DNA of 63,991 nt, filler included, from Octopus bimaculoides (GCF_001194135.2; 6 parts of 6 records of this genome joined end to end with filler, not necessarily neighbours in it); one strand, 5' to 3'; counted from the first letter of the whole stretch, positions 13,193-25,544 are shown. Numbers and translations: made by a program. The notes: generated by a model not told the origin, from the sequence alone.

Positions 13193-13548
13193 ATTATTAT
13201 TATTATTATTATTATTCAGGTCACTGCCCGGAGTCGAACTCGAGATCTTGGGGTTAGTTGCCTGCGCTCTTCGTGGACGTATGGCGTAGTGGTTAAGAGC
13301 GCGCAGGCTACTAATCCCAAGATTCTGCGTTCGATTCCAGGCAGTGACCTGAATAATAATAATAATAATGATGATAATAATAATAATAATAATTATAATA
13401 ATAATAATAACATCTAAAATTACCTTAGGAATGAGAACCCAGGTTCGAAAGTTCCCAAGACACCTGATGAAGCCTGGAGGGTATATCAGCCGAAACGTTG
13501 TTAACAACAAACAAGATGAGGACAAATATCCGTCAAATGTAAATAACG
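13193..13548 (+). mobile_element. Composite element: inverted tRNA-like heads, (AAT)n and a hammerhead-like tail
   Basis: The + head at 13274-13351 has A-box TGGCGTAGTGG and B-box GTTCGATTCC. A partial inverted copy lies at 13193-13271. CTGATGA is at 13464-13470 and GAAAC at 13492-13496. Confidence 0.65.
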
Positions 13549-14435
13549 TATTATTATTATTATTATTGTTATTATCATTGACTCTAGATAATGTAATCGG
13601 TCGAGTGTTGGACGAAATAACTCGTGGTGCTTAGCTTAGTTCCTATGCATTCTATAACATTGGCTGTCTTTGCCTTTCATCCTTTTGAAATCAATAAAAT
13701 AAGTCAATGTATATTTATGTTTCTTTGCTGGGGAGAGCGAGTTGAGAGAATTTTAGCTGTATTTCTAGCAAGTTAAGTAATCATGTAGAATCTCTCTTGT
13801 CGCATTCATGTTATATAAATGGGTAAACGATACATTTCTCAAGTATCACAATGCTATCTCTATGTGATTTCCTAACTTCCCATCTTGTATCTGCAACATG
13901 GTAGCGATTCAGTAGATATGTCAGCTACACACTTTTGTCCATTTTTGTCAGGGAAAGCGATCTTATGTGTATTATATACTATCTGGTTTGTCTGTAGAAG
14001 TTCCAGTGAATCTTTATATTATTTTGTAAGATGGTGGAAGTTCATATGAAGACAACAAAGACTATTTTTTTAAAAGAAGTTGACTCTTGACGACCAGGTG
14101 TATACGAGGCTATTTTATTACGTTATGCTCCCAAGTATATTTAGTGGAACCTAGTGTTGGACATCCTGATACAGTATTGCGTATTATTTCAGAAAATATG
14201 CCACATCCATGAGCGTATTCAGGATATTGACCGGGAGGCGAGGATTCCTATTATTAAACCAGTTCCGCTTTCAACTAACTTGAGTTTGTATGCATGACAT
14301 GTGTATATCATATTACATATATGTATATACGTATATATGGCAAGGGTTTGTCCGAAGCAATCGACTCCTACCACCTACACTAGCCACGTAGGCAACATAG
14401 GTGGCATTTATTATCTATATTACAGTAAGAATAAA

Positions 14436-14650
14436 GCGGCGAGGTGGCAGAATCATTACCGTGCCGGGCAAAATACTTAGTGGAATTTCATCCCTCTTTA
14501 CTTTCTGAGTTCAAATTCCGCCGAGGTCGGCTTTGCCTTTCATCTTTTCGGGATCGATAAAATAAACACCAGTGAAACATTAGGGTCGATGTAATCGGTA
14601 ATTCTCCTACCCTCAAATTTCAGGCCTTGTGCCTATAATTGAAAGTATTA
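14436..14650 (+). mobile_element. tRNA-derived SINE, family A
   Basis: GCGGCGAGGTGGCAGAATC...GTTCAAATTCCGCCGAGGTC...GGCCTTGTGCCTATA, followed by an (ATT)n tail. Confidence 0.85.
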
Positions 14651-14677
14651 TTATTATTATTATTATTATTTATTAAA

Positions 14678-14893
14678 GGCTGTGAGCTGGCAGAATCGTT
14701 AGCACGCCGAGTGAAACGCTTAGTAGTATTTCGTCCGTCTTTATGTTCTGAGTTCAAATTCTGCCGAGGTCGACTTTGCCTTTCATCCTTTCGGGGTCGA
14801 TAAATTAAGTACCAGTGAAACACTGGAGTCGATTGTAATCGACTAGTCCGCTCCCGCCAAATTTCAGGCCTTGTGCCTATAGTAGAAAGGATT
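14678..14893 (+). mobile_element. tRNA-derived SINE, family A (tandem second copy)
   Basis: Close similarity to the preceding copy. It starts in that copy's (ATT)n tail. Confidence 0.85.
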
Positions 14894-15354
14894 CGACTTT
14901 ACCTTTCATCCTTTCGGGGTCGATAAAACATTTATTATAAATAGTATGACATGAAACAAGGCGTGCTTACACATTATTCATAAGTTAAACTCGGACAACG
15001 TTTTACAACTGAATGCTATGTTGCTAATTTAAATTTAAATGTCATACTATTTATAATTACACTGAGGTTGATGTAAATGGACTTAGCCCCTCCCCTAAAT
15101 TGCTGGTCTTGAGCCAAAATTTGAAACCCATATTATAAGAACAGATGTTCCTTTAAATGAGTCTAAAAGTGATAGTCTGTTCATGCATAACAAGTGTTTT
15201 TGCTTATGCTGCTTTATTTACGCTAGATTTATTCATCCGAGCAGCGTTTCATTGTTATCGATAAGTAAATCACACAGTCCACTGAAGTATTAATCACGCA
15301 AGGGCATACCTTTATAATTGTTTATTGTAGTTGCTAGGTAACTCATTCTCATTT

Positions 15355-15738
15355 ACTTGTTTCAGTCATTTGACTGCGGCCATGCTGGAGCACCGCCTTT
15401 AGTCGAGCAAATCGACCCCAGGACTTATTCTTTGTAAGCCTAGTACTTATTCTATCGGTCTCTTTTGCCGAACCGCTAAGTTACGGGGACGTAAACACAC
15501 CAGCATCGGTTGTCAAGCGATGTTGGGGGGACAAACACAGACACACAAACACATACATATATATATATACATATACATATATACGACTGGCTTCTTTCAG
15601 TTTCCGTCTACCAAATCCACTCACAAGGCTTTGGTCGGCCCGAGGCTATAGTAGAAGACACTTGCCCAAGGTGTCACGCAGTGGGACTGAACCCGGAACC
15701 ATGTGGTTGGTAAGAAAGCTACTTACCACACAGCCACC
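15355..15738 (-). mobile_element. tRNA-derived SINE, family C, full length with internal microsatellite
   Basis: Minus-strand head GTGGCTGTGTGGTAAGTAG...GGTTCCGGGTTCAGTCCCACTGCG and tail CAGCATGGCCGCAGTCAAATGACTGAAACAAG. Several copies occur in the window. Confidence 0.85.
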
Positions 15739-16639
15739 TTAAGTATGTTTATTTTTGATGTTGCACTGGCTTTAAATTTGACCAATTATATATCTTTTAA
15801 TTCTTGAAGGAATTTTGCTGCTGCAATGATGATAAATCTATTATTTTTCCCATCATCATTGTCAACAAAAAGTTCATACCAGAGTTCTGTGAGTAGTCAG
15901 CTAATGAGAAAATACGATTGGCAGCTATGCTTTTATCGAGATATATTGCCATAATCAAGTTCGTTCTAAATTAGATCTAACTGCAAAGTGTAAAACCTTT
16001 TCCTGTTATTTTCTGTTAATTGCTGTACCCACTAACCTGCTCTTATAATCCTATCTATTTTCATTAGTTTCCTTTGCATCACCTTTGACAAACAGGGCAT
16101 CAGCAACATTTTTAGAGATATAATAACTGTGTGTATGTATGTATGTATGTATGTATGTATGTGCGTGTGTGTGTGTGTGCGTGCGTGCGTGTGTGTGTGT
16201 GTGTGCGTGGGTGCGTGCGTATTTTGTAGCCAGGTATAAGAGTTCATTTCGAATTCAGCTTATAAGTAACCTGTTATGATATAATGGAGTCGTTGAGACT
16301 ATTCTGAACAAAGTACTGACTGATTTTAGTAGTATACCAATGATATATATTAAAAATTATACGCGATCTAACGAACGGGTCTCTATGTGGTCAATATATC
16401 TGCTAAAGATAGCAGCAAAATCACTCTCAAATCACATGTAGTCAAATTAAATGTAATCCTTGATAATAGAGATTGGATCAGCATTGCTGGGATGCTTTTA
16501 ATCATAGGTCTGCAGGATCAGAGTCAACCCGGGGTTAAACAAACTACTGATATTAAACTACATATTCTACATACCAAAAACATAATGCACTGAATCTAAT
16601 AAACCATTCTATTACAATAATAAAAACATGGTACATCAT

Positions 16640-16905
16640 TCTTATGGTCAGTCAGGGATATCAGAGGCTGATGAGACCTGCTACTGATACCATGAACCAC
16701 CCGTTACATGGTCGGATGGCCGGCGCCTAAACTGGCTCTCCATCCACCATGGGTAGCTTGCTACTCTTATGAGGAGGATGTCTGGACGCCCAATAGGACT
16801 AAAAGCAAGACCTGCCGAAGAGGAGATGAGCTCCTTGTGGGTCAACGGCCATCTAGTTGGTAAGGTAATGGTTAACCACCCCCAGTATCTTTGTCAAGAA
16901 AGAAC
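16640..16905 (+). mobile_element. Possible RTE/BovB-like 5' UTR fragment
   Basis: GTAATGGTTAACCACCCCCAGTATCTTTGTCAAGAAA resembles the recalled RTE 5' UTR motif TGGCAAACCACTCCAGTATCTTTGCCAAGAAA. Confidence 0.3.
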
Positions 16906-18084
16906 AAAGTAACGCTTTATCCAATGTGAGAACACGCCCTTCATTAGCAAGCGCGGTCCCAAGAATTTTTCAAAGGAAGGGATCAAGGTCAGAAGGGAAT
17001 ACAATTCTAGGAGAAAAGGGCATGATAACATTACTTAGAAGGGCACACTTCTTTTCTTGAGGATAGCACGTGCCCCTCAGGCATCCCCTTGGTGTAGCGT
17101 CATCAACGTGTTGTAATAGCGTGCGTTACATGACGACAGCGACATCATTCTTCATTGCAAGCACCAAATCCATCCACTCCTAACAAGCGCTATTTTACCG
17201 GTAGAGAGGACACTTATTTTAGGTATGTTATACGAGTTTTCCATTTCATAACTATTTATAAATACAAATTACTGTTATTTAAATTAGCAAAATAACATTC
17301 AATTTGTAAAACGTTGGGCGAGTTTAACTTATGAATAACGTGTAGGCACGCCCTGTTTCATGTCATACTATTTATAATAATTTGTACACCCTAACTATAA
17401 AGTAAGATATAAAATTAACAATGCGATAAGAAAACAGTAAACACCAGCAATAACGACGACAACAAGAACAGCAGCAGCAACACTAGCTCAAGCAACAACA
17501 ACAACAACGATGACATCATCGTCAACATCAAATCAAGTGAATCCATTTCAATGTTGAATCATGGTGTTGATAGTCACGACAGGAACAGTGTCAAGCCGTT
17601 TTATTATCGTGTTACACCCCATGCATTGCAAGGCGAAGCCTCAGAACAATATACTTGAATTAACATAGAAGATAACAACCACATTAATAAAAATATTTGG
17701 AGATGATGATGATGATGATGATGTATATGCGTGCTTACAAATATATATATATATANNNNNNNNNNNNNNNNNNNNNNNNNNNNNNNNNNNNNNNNNNNNN
17801 NNNNNNNNNNNNNNNNNNNNNNNNNNNNNNNNNNNNNNNNNNNNNNNNNNNNNNNNNNNNNNNNNNNNNNNNNNNNNNNNNNNNNNNNNNNNNNNNNNNN
17901 NNNNNNNNNNNNNNNNNNNNNNNNNNNNNNNNNNNNNNNNNNNNNNNNNNNNNNNNNNNNNNNNNNNNNNNNNNNNNNNNNNNNNNNNNNNNNNNNNNNN
18001 NNNNNNNNNNNNNNNNNNNNNNNNNNNNNNNNNNNNNNNNNNNNNNNNNNNNNNNNNNNNNNNNNNNNNATATATATATATATA

Positions 18085-19248
18085 AAGGGTGTGATGGGTA
18101 AATTGTTGCCATTTTATATTTTTTATTTCGCGCATGTGCATTGTTTGTTTCTTATTTTGTTTACTACACAGTATAGTAGAGTCAGGGTTAGGGTTAAGGT
18201 TAGGTTTGGGCACCGTTTGTGCGAAAAGCGATACCATGGCGCAATTCACTCTACCAGTAATTTGGAAACGACATGTTGTACTGCTTGGCATTTGCGCCAG
18301 AAGTTCCAATACGAACATTTCAGAGTGTTTGGGTGTCACTCTGAGGACAGTGCAGAGGATTCGGAAGGAGTTGGATGAGTCTATAGCTGATTTCGATGGT
18401 ACAGCAGCTCAGAAAACTCACTCTGATCGTTCTGATAAAAAAAGAATTCCCGAATTTGTTGGTGAGATCTAGACCATGATTGACAACGATCCTGCTAAGT
18501 CAATCAGGTCCATCGCCAGGGACATGAGAGTGTCTGAGTTTCTTATCAAGCAGGTAGTGCATGAAGACATTCAGTATTCCTCATACAAGATGAGAAAGGC
18601 CAATTTTTATCCCAAGCCATCAACGACAAGAGTAAAGACCCCGTTATGAAGCTTTTGAACAAACTCGAGCATCCCCTCCAACCGAACATGCTTTGGTTTT
18701 TCGCAGGCGAGAAAAAATTCTGCCAGGATCAGATAATGAACACACCGAACAACCGTTGACTTGCCATATCCCCAAAATATGCACCGGGAGTGATAAAAAG
18801 CAAACATCCAGTCGATATCATGGTGTTTGGAATGATCACAAGTGATGCGACATTATGCCTCCATTCATCTTTCCAAACGGCCTCAGAGTTAACACTGAGG
18901 CCTACATCATGTGTCTGGAGGAGGTAGTGCTGCCCTAGGTCAAGAGGGTGACTGCTGGAAGATCCTGTGTCTGACAACAGGACTCTGCACCATGAAACAC
19001 AAGCTAGAGAACCCAGTCGTGGCTGCCAGACAATTTCTGCGACCTCATCACCCCTGGCCACCTAACTTCCCAGACTGCAACGCCCTTGACTATTACGTGT
19101 GGGCGCAGTTGAGCGAGAGATCAACAAGACTCTTTGTAACATCAAAGATGAACTGAAGGCAAGGATTATGGCAGCATTCACCAACTTAAACAAGGAGACT
19201 GTCCAGAAGAGTTGCAGGAGATTCCGAAGTCGAATGGATGCGTGGCGT
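18085..19248 (+). mobile_element. Tc1/mariner superfamily, maT (DD37D-like) transposase pseudogene, 3' truncated
   Basis: ATG at 18236: MAQFTLPVIWKRHVVLLG...TVQRIRKEL...SIRSIARDMRVSEFLIKQVVHEDI...IMVFGMITSDGDIMPPFIFPNGLRVNTEAY...QQDSAP...WPPNFPDCNALDYYVWGAVERE. Multiple stops and frameshifts; preceded by (TA)n. Confidence 0.85.
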
Positions 19249-20003
19249 TGTGCTTACTTGTCATGTTCTCCATTTTTTCTTGTTGTTCACGTATTTCATG
19301 TTGTTTGAACTGTTGGTGACGTTCTGTACCCATATATGCATGTATATATGTATATGTATATACATACATNNNNNNNNNNNNNNNNNNNNNNNNNNNNNNN
19401 NNNNNNNNNNNNNNNNNNNNNNNNNNNNNNNNNNNNNNNNNNNNNNNNNNNNNNNNNNNNNNNNNNNNNNNNNNNNNNNNNNNNNNNNNNNNNNNNNNNN
19501 NNNNNNNNNNNNNNNNNNNNNNNNNNNNNNNNNNNNNNNNNNNNNNNNNNNNNNNNNNNNNNNNNNNNNNNNNNNNNNNNNNNNNNNNNNNNNNNNNNNN
19601 NNNNNNNNNNNNNNNNNNNNNNNNNNNNNNNNNNNNNNNNNNNNNNNNNNNNNNNNNNNNNNNNNNNNNNNNNNNNNNNNNNNNNNNNNNNNNNNNNNNN
19701 NNNNNNNNNNNNNNNNNNNNNNNNNNNNNNNNNNNNNNNNNNNNNNNNNNNNNNNNNNNNNNNNNNNNNNNNNNNNNNNNNNNNNNNNNNNNNNNNNNNN
19801 NNNNNNNNNNNNNNNNNNNNNNNNNNNNNNNNNNNNNNNNNNNNNNNNNNNNNNNNNNNNNNNNNNNNNNNNNNNNNNNNNNNNNNNNNNNNNNNNNNNN
19901 NNNNNNNNNNNNNNNNNNNNNNNNNNNNNNNNNNNNNNNNNNNNNNNNNNNNNNNNNNNNNNNNNNNNNNNNNNNNNNNNNNNNNNNNNNNNNNNNNNCA
20001 GGA

Positions 20004-20283
20004 AGTTTATGTCTGTTCTTAGAGAAATACGAAGTAAATTTATATGTATTTCATTGGGTAGGCGAGAGAAGGGAATATGGTCACCGAAGGGTTTGTATGT
20101 TAAGAAGTGTTTGGAATTTCTCTATAAAAAGATTTTCCTTGTTGATTCTTTCTTGTATAGAGATTCTGTCTTTACATCACTTCTTAACATACAAACCCCT
20201 CGGTGACCATATTCCCTTCTCTCGCCTACCCAATGAAATACATATAAATTTACTTCTTATTTCTCTGAGAACAGACATAAACT
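20004..20283. repeat. Near-perfect foldback with 106-bp arms
   Basis: Arms 20004-20109 and 20178-20283 differ at only 3 positions by manual comparison. The spacer is 68 bp. Confidence 0.9.
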
Positions 20284-20493
20284 GTGTATGTGTATGTGTC
20301 TATGTGTGCCTGTGTGTGTGTCTGCGTGAGTGTGTGTACGCGTGTCTATGTGTTTTGTATGTGTGTTTTGTGTAAAGGTGTAGGGGTTTTGTTTACGATA
20401 CTGTTTGTATCGGTGCCCTTTATATATTTTTTGTCATCTATTTACTTATTTATCTTTCTATTTATCCCTATTTCGGCTTGAGTATACGTATGT

Positions 20494-20563
<70 letters not shown>

Positions 20564-20599
20564 GGATTACGTATAACACTATTTGTATCAGTGTCTTTT

Positions 20600-20930
20600 T
20601 TTCTCCCATTCTATCTTTAGCCGTCATACTGCGTAGTGTGGTGGTGGTCTGTTATTGTCCCATTCGTATTTTCTGTTGAGGCTCGGTCTGCCTCTTACTA
20701 TGTGTGTGGCCTCTGTAATCTGTCTAAGTGTCGTGTTTTTCTATGCGTTGATAATACCTTAACCTCTGTGTTATTAACGGAGATTCAATGTTCTCATTGA
20801 GCATGTTGGTAGAGCTCTGACGAGCTTTTCTCCTCTTTGTGTTCCTATTAGTGTTCCCCTATCCGCCCCCACTATACTGCGTGCCGTCTCCGCAATGTCT
20901 TGTTTCTGTACCGTCTTTCAGTACATCATA
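20600..20930 (-). mobile_element. Penelope-like element, GIY-YIG C-terminal fragment
   Basis: Minus strand gives EVKVLSTH...TTLRQITEATHIVRGRPSLNRKYEWD, resembling the PLE RKIKEAIYIRxxxPSLNR motif. Confidence 0.55.
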
Positions 20931-20954
20931 TGCTATAGACAATGTTCCTAATAT

Positions 20955-21230
20955 TTCAGTTTCCGTCTTTCATATCCACTCAGAAGGCTTTAGTCGGCCC
21001 AAGGCTATAATCAAAGACACTTGCCCTAAGTGCCACGAGGTGGGACTGAACCCGGAACAATGTGGTTGGGAAGCAAACCTGGGGTTCTACGCTGTTTCCG
21101 TTCACTAAATTCACTCACGAGGCATTGGTTACAATAGGGCGATAGTAGAAGACACTTGCCCAAGGTGCTGCGCAGTGGAGCTGAACCCGAAATCATGTGG
21201 TTGCAAAGCGATCTTCTGACGCACACTGCC
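20955..21230 (-). mobile_element. Two tandem family C SINE heads
   Basis: GACACTTGCCC(T/A)AG(G)TG...G(A/C)TGAACCCG occurs twice, at about 21015-21075 and 21150-21215. Confidence 0.7.
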
Positions 21231-21627
21231 TGGTCAAATATAATACGCGTGAGGAGTATTTTAAGAAAGAATGTTCGTCACATTTTTTTTTACTGTCTTC
21301 TATGTGCGTAGTGCGTATTGTTGATGTAAAGTTTGTATGAAATTCCTAATCTTTATGTCTTCTATGTGTATGTTTACGTTGTTGAATATAATGTCGAACC
21401 GTATTGTATTCTCTCTTGCATTGCTGATAAGAAGAGTGACGGTGGATTTATTGGTTACTATGTTTTGAAGCCAAGTAATTATGCAAATAATTGTCGTGTA
21501 TGCATACATGCACACATGTACGTATGCACGCACGCACACACACTCACGCACTCACACACACACACAAACTCGCGCGCACATACGTACACATGTAGGGCTG
21601 CCTCTCTCTCTCTTTATCTCTCTCTGG

Positions 21628-21664
<37 letters not shown>

Positions 21665-21719
21665 CAAAAAATGTCCTTACACCACTCCAGCTTTTTTTTC
21701 CTTTGTTACAGAGTAAATA

Positions 21720-22396
21720 TGCTGTGTGCACTAAGGCAAAAATAGAAATCTGTAATCTGATTTTTCTGGCCTGAACGTGTGTCGGGAGCAAAAATTCATT
21801 GCAGGCTTTCAGTACAATACAAAGGCAGCACTCTAGCGCGTACAATCGTGTATGAGTGGATCGAGAACTTTAAAAATGGTCGAATATGCGTGAAACACTA
21901 GGGAACAGGACGACCATCAACCTCCACCACTGATATGAAAATTCAACAAGCACGAGTGATAGTTCTGGTGAACCGACGAGTAACCATCGATGAGGTGACA
22001 TGTTTTCTGAAAATTAGTCATGGTTTTGCACTCGAAATTATTACAAGTTTTGCTTCTGTAAAGTCTGCGCAAGATGAGCGCCAAGAGAGCTTCCCGAAGT
22101 GCATAAGCGCAATCATGTGGAGATCTATCAATGCTTATTCATTCTACAAGTACAAGGATGACGGTGAAGCTTTTTTGTAGAGAATATTCACAGGAGATGA
22201 AACCTGGGTTGATCCCTTTGAGCCAAAATCCAAAAGTTTGAGTATGGAGTGGACACACCTGGAATCGCCAGCGAAAAAGAAATTCAAAAGTCAACCTTCC
22301 GCAGAAAAAAGTGATGCTAACTGTTTTGAAAGACACAAGAGGGCCTGTACAGGAACATTTCTTCGACAATGGTTCTACAGACACTTGTGTAGGCTA
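21720..22396 (+). mobile_element. mariner transposase pseudogene, N-terminal to first catalytic Asp
   Basis: VYEWIENFKNG...GRPSTSTTD...NRRVTIDEV...IFTGDETWVDPFEPKSKSLSMEWTHLESPAKKKFKSQPSAEKVMLTV, frameshifted and cut by the spacer. Confidence 0.85.
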
Positions 22397-22496
22397 NNNN
22401 NNNNNNNNNNNNNNNNNNNNNNNNNNNNNNNNNNNNNNNNTTAATTAATTAANNNNNNNNNNNNNNNNNNNNNNNNNNNNNNNNNNNNNNNNNNNN
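22397..22496. other. Artificial contig spacer
   Basis: N44-TTAATTAATTAA-N44. Confidence 0.95.
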
Positions 22497-22787
22497 CTCC
22501 TCCTCATTCTCCTCCTCCTTCTCCCCCTCCTCCTCCTCCTCCTCCATAACTTTACTTAATACATACACATACCAGTTCTCTGTTAATTCATATTGGTATT
22601 TACAGCATAAGAGCCATTGGTATCATTATTATTCCTTTTTTCATTATCATCTTTCAATTCTGTTTCCATTTCTGACCGAGTGTCTTCTTGACACATAGGG
22701 CAGAGAAACGTACTGAATACAATGATAGGCCATTAAAATAAACACACTAGATTGTTTATTTAAAAAGGTATGTGATAGAGAAAACCT

Positions 22788-23080
22788 TATACTCCCGACC
22801 TTGCTCCTTCAGACAACCATTTGTTTCGTATTTTACACAATCATATGGGGGACATAAATTTCGCAAGCCAGGGGGAATTCGAAACTGACATTTCAGAGTT
22901 TTTCGTTTTGAAACCAAAAGAGTTTTACATTGTTGTGATTAAACAGCTTGTAAATAGATGGAAGGAAGTCCTAGATAATCAGGTAGAGTACATTGATGAT
23001 TAAATTTCAATTAGATATAACATTTGATCACTTGCTTTCTGAATTCAAAATTCGGACAGAACTTATGGGATGAGCTGATA
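22788..23080 (+). mobile_element. mariner transposase C-terminus plus right TIR
   Basis: PYTPDLAPSDNHLFR...QLVNRWKEVLDNQVEYIDD* (YSPDLAPSD motif), followed by CGGACAGAACTTATGGGATGAGCTGATA. Confidence 0.85.
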
Positions 23081-23986
23081 TTTATGTTGTTTATACTGTG
23101 AAACCAACTCGCACGCACAAACACATACATAAACACATTACTTTGTATACACATGAACATTTTGCATATATATATATGTGTAGGTGTATGTAAAAAGCCA
23201 GCATCAAAACAAGGTTGAAGTCTATCAAAATCAGGCAGAACTGCATCGAGTCTCTCTTACTATATATGGAAGCACAAGTAGTGAAATATCACTTTCAACA
23301 AGTAGTGAAATATCACTTTCAACAACACCTACATGAACACACAAGAACAGTATATATATAAAAAGAAATACTTATTTTAGTTGACTAATAACATCGCCGG
23401 AAGACACCTGTAATCTTATGCAAAATAAACGTAAGAAATAAAATTCCACACCAAAACGAGCAATAATAATGTTAGACAACGAAATCTTTCTATATTTTAG
23501 CTAAATATAATAATAATTGTAAGACCAGAAATAAATATGAAGCAATCGCAAGTCATATAGATAAGCAGAGGTTATTCGTAGACATAATTGCCGAAAAAGT
23601 CAATGACATGAAATGCACATATATACAGAAGTAATTCTAAAAACGAATACAGGAATGGTATATTGGCTGTGTCGCACTGGCATTATCCCTAAATCTTTTC
23701 ATGAATTCGTCAATTTGCATACAATCCTTAAGTATAAGTGAAAATGTTGGTTTCAGTTTATTGCAAAATACGTACATTATATGCCTCTGATGTGAATCTA
23801 CTAAACTAATCCAGACAGTGCTACTTAATGTTTTGCTTTTCTTATGCGCATAATTCATTGTTTAATTCCTTGACGAGAATAGAGATTATTGCTTCCATGA
23901 GCTAGTCAGAAATGCAATACATAGGAAATAATAGAACTAAACAGGTATGTATGCATGTACAGAAACATAGAGATTTATATATGTGT

Positions 23987-24023
<37 letters not shown>

Positions 24024-24408
24024 NNNNNNNNNNNNNNNNNNNNNNNNNNNNNNNNNNNNNNNNNNNNNNNNNNNNNNNNNNNNNNNNNNNNNNNNNNNNN
24101 NNNNNNNNNNNNNNNNNNNNNNNNNNNNNNNNNNNNNNNNNNNNNNNNNNNNNNNNNNNNNNNNNNNNNNNNNNNNNNNNNNNNNNNNNNNNNNNNNNNN
24201 NNNNNNNNNNNNNNNNNNNNNNNNNNNNNNNNNNNNNNNNNNNNNNNNNNNNNNNNNNNNNNNNNNNNNNNNNNNNNNNNNNNNNNNNNNNNNNNNNNNN
24301 NNNNNNNNNNNNNNNNNNNNNNNNNNNNNNNNNNNNNNNNNNNNNNNNNNNNNNNNNNNNNNNNNNNNNATATATACATATATTGTAAATTCTCACTATA
24401 TATATATA

Positions 24409-24454
<46 letters not shown>

Positions 24455-24727
24455 TGTGTGTGTATGTATATTTGTAGGTATTATGTATATGTATGTAAGT
24501 ATTGGTGATTCAAAAGGTTTAACACAAAAACGTTCACAGACGCGAAAAAATTTTTAAAAATTCTTAGTAACATCCTCATAACAAAATATCTTTTTAAAAA
24601 ACAATTCACTTTTTAAAAATCACATTTATACTTCCTAAACGGTATTAAGTAGTCCTCATAGACTTTCAAACATACACACAAACATACATACACGCACACA
24701 CACTCACACACACACACAAATATATGT

Positions 24728-25088
24728 TCTTTTACTCTTTTACATGAGTCAGTCAGTTAACTGCAGCCACGCTGGAGTACCACCTTTAGTAAAATTAATC
24801 CACTCCTAGACGAACCGCTAAGTTTCGGTGACATAAACATACTAACATCGGTTGCCAAGTAAAGGTGGCGGGACAAACACAGGCACAAAGACAAAACCAC
24901 ATACATAAATTAATATATACATATATATATACACACGACGGGCTTCTTTCAGTTTCCGTCTACCAAATCCATTCTCAAGTCTTTGGTTTGCCCGAGTTTA
25001 CAGTACAAGAAAATCATCCAAGGTGGCACGCAAGTGGGACTGAACCCGGAACCATGTGGTTGGGAAGCACGCTTCCAACCATACAGCC
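24728..25088 (-). mobile_element. SINE family C
   Basis: Colinear with 15355-15738. Confidence 0.8.
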
Positions 25089-25117
25089 CGATGCGTGTGT
25101 GTGTGTGTGTGTGTTAA

Positions 25118-25438
25118 GGCGCGTGGTTTGGTAGTTAGGGCGTTCGGCTCATGATCGTAAGGTCAGGAGTTCAATTCCCGGCGACTCCTTGTGTCATTGA
25201 GCAAGACACTTTATCTCACGTTGCTGCAGTCCACTCAGCTGGCAAAAATGAGTAGTATCTGTATTTCAAAGGGTCAGCCTTGTCACACCCTGAGTCACGT
25301 TGAATATCCCTGAGAACTAAATTAAGGGTACACGTGTCTGTGGAGTGCTCAGCCACTTGCACATTAATTTCACGAGCAAACTGTTCCATTGATCTTTTCA
25401 GCTGGGACCCTCGACGTCGTAACCGACGGAGTGCTCCC
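25118..25438 (+). mobile_element. tRNA-derived SINE, family B
   Basis: B-box GTTCAATTCC, core TTGAGCAAGACACTTTA...CAGTCCACTCAGCTG, tail GTCGTAACCGACGGAGTG. Confidence 0.85.
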
Positions 25439-25507
25439 ATTATTATGATTGACCGTTGACTGAACACTATTCATTTTTTTCTCCGTGTTTTCTCCTTGTC
25501 TCCGTAT

Positions 25508-25544
25508 TCTTTCTGCTGAAGAGCGTAGCTCGAAACGTCAAAGA
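25508..25544 (+). ncRNA. Minimal type I hammerhead-like motif, best-formed copy
   Basis: UCUUU-CUGCUGA-A-GAGC(GUA)GCUC-GAAAC-GUC-AAAGA. Stem I is a perfect 5 bp, stem II is 4 bp, the triplet is GUC, and the core is variant at position 6. Confidence 0.6.

Noticed and set aside
13274-13351. Possible tRNA gene
   Set aside because: It has A and B boxes, but the acceptor stem (GGACGTA/AGTGACC) does not pair and it is followed by (AAT)n. It is better explained as a SINE-type head.
21720-23080. One continuous mariner element
   Set aside because: The halves are separated by an artificial spacer and unrelated sequence, so they cannot be assumed to be the same copy.
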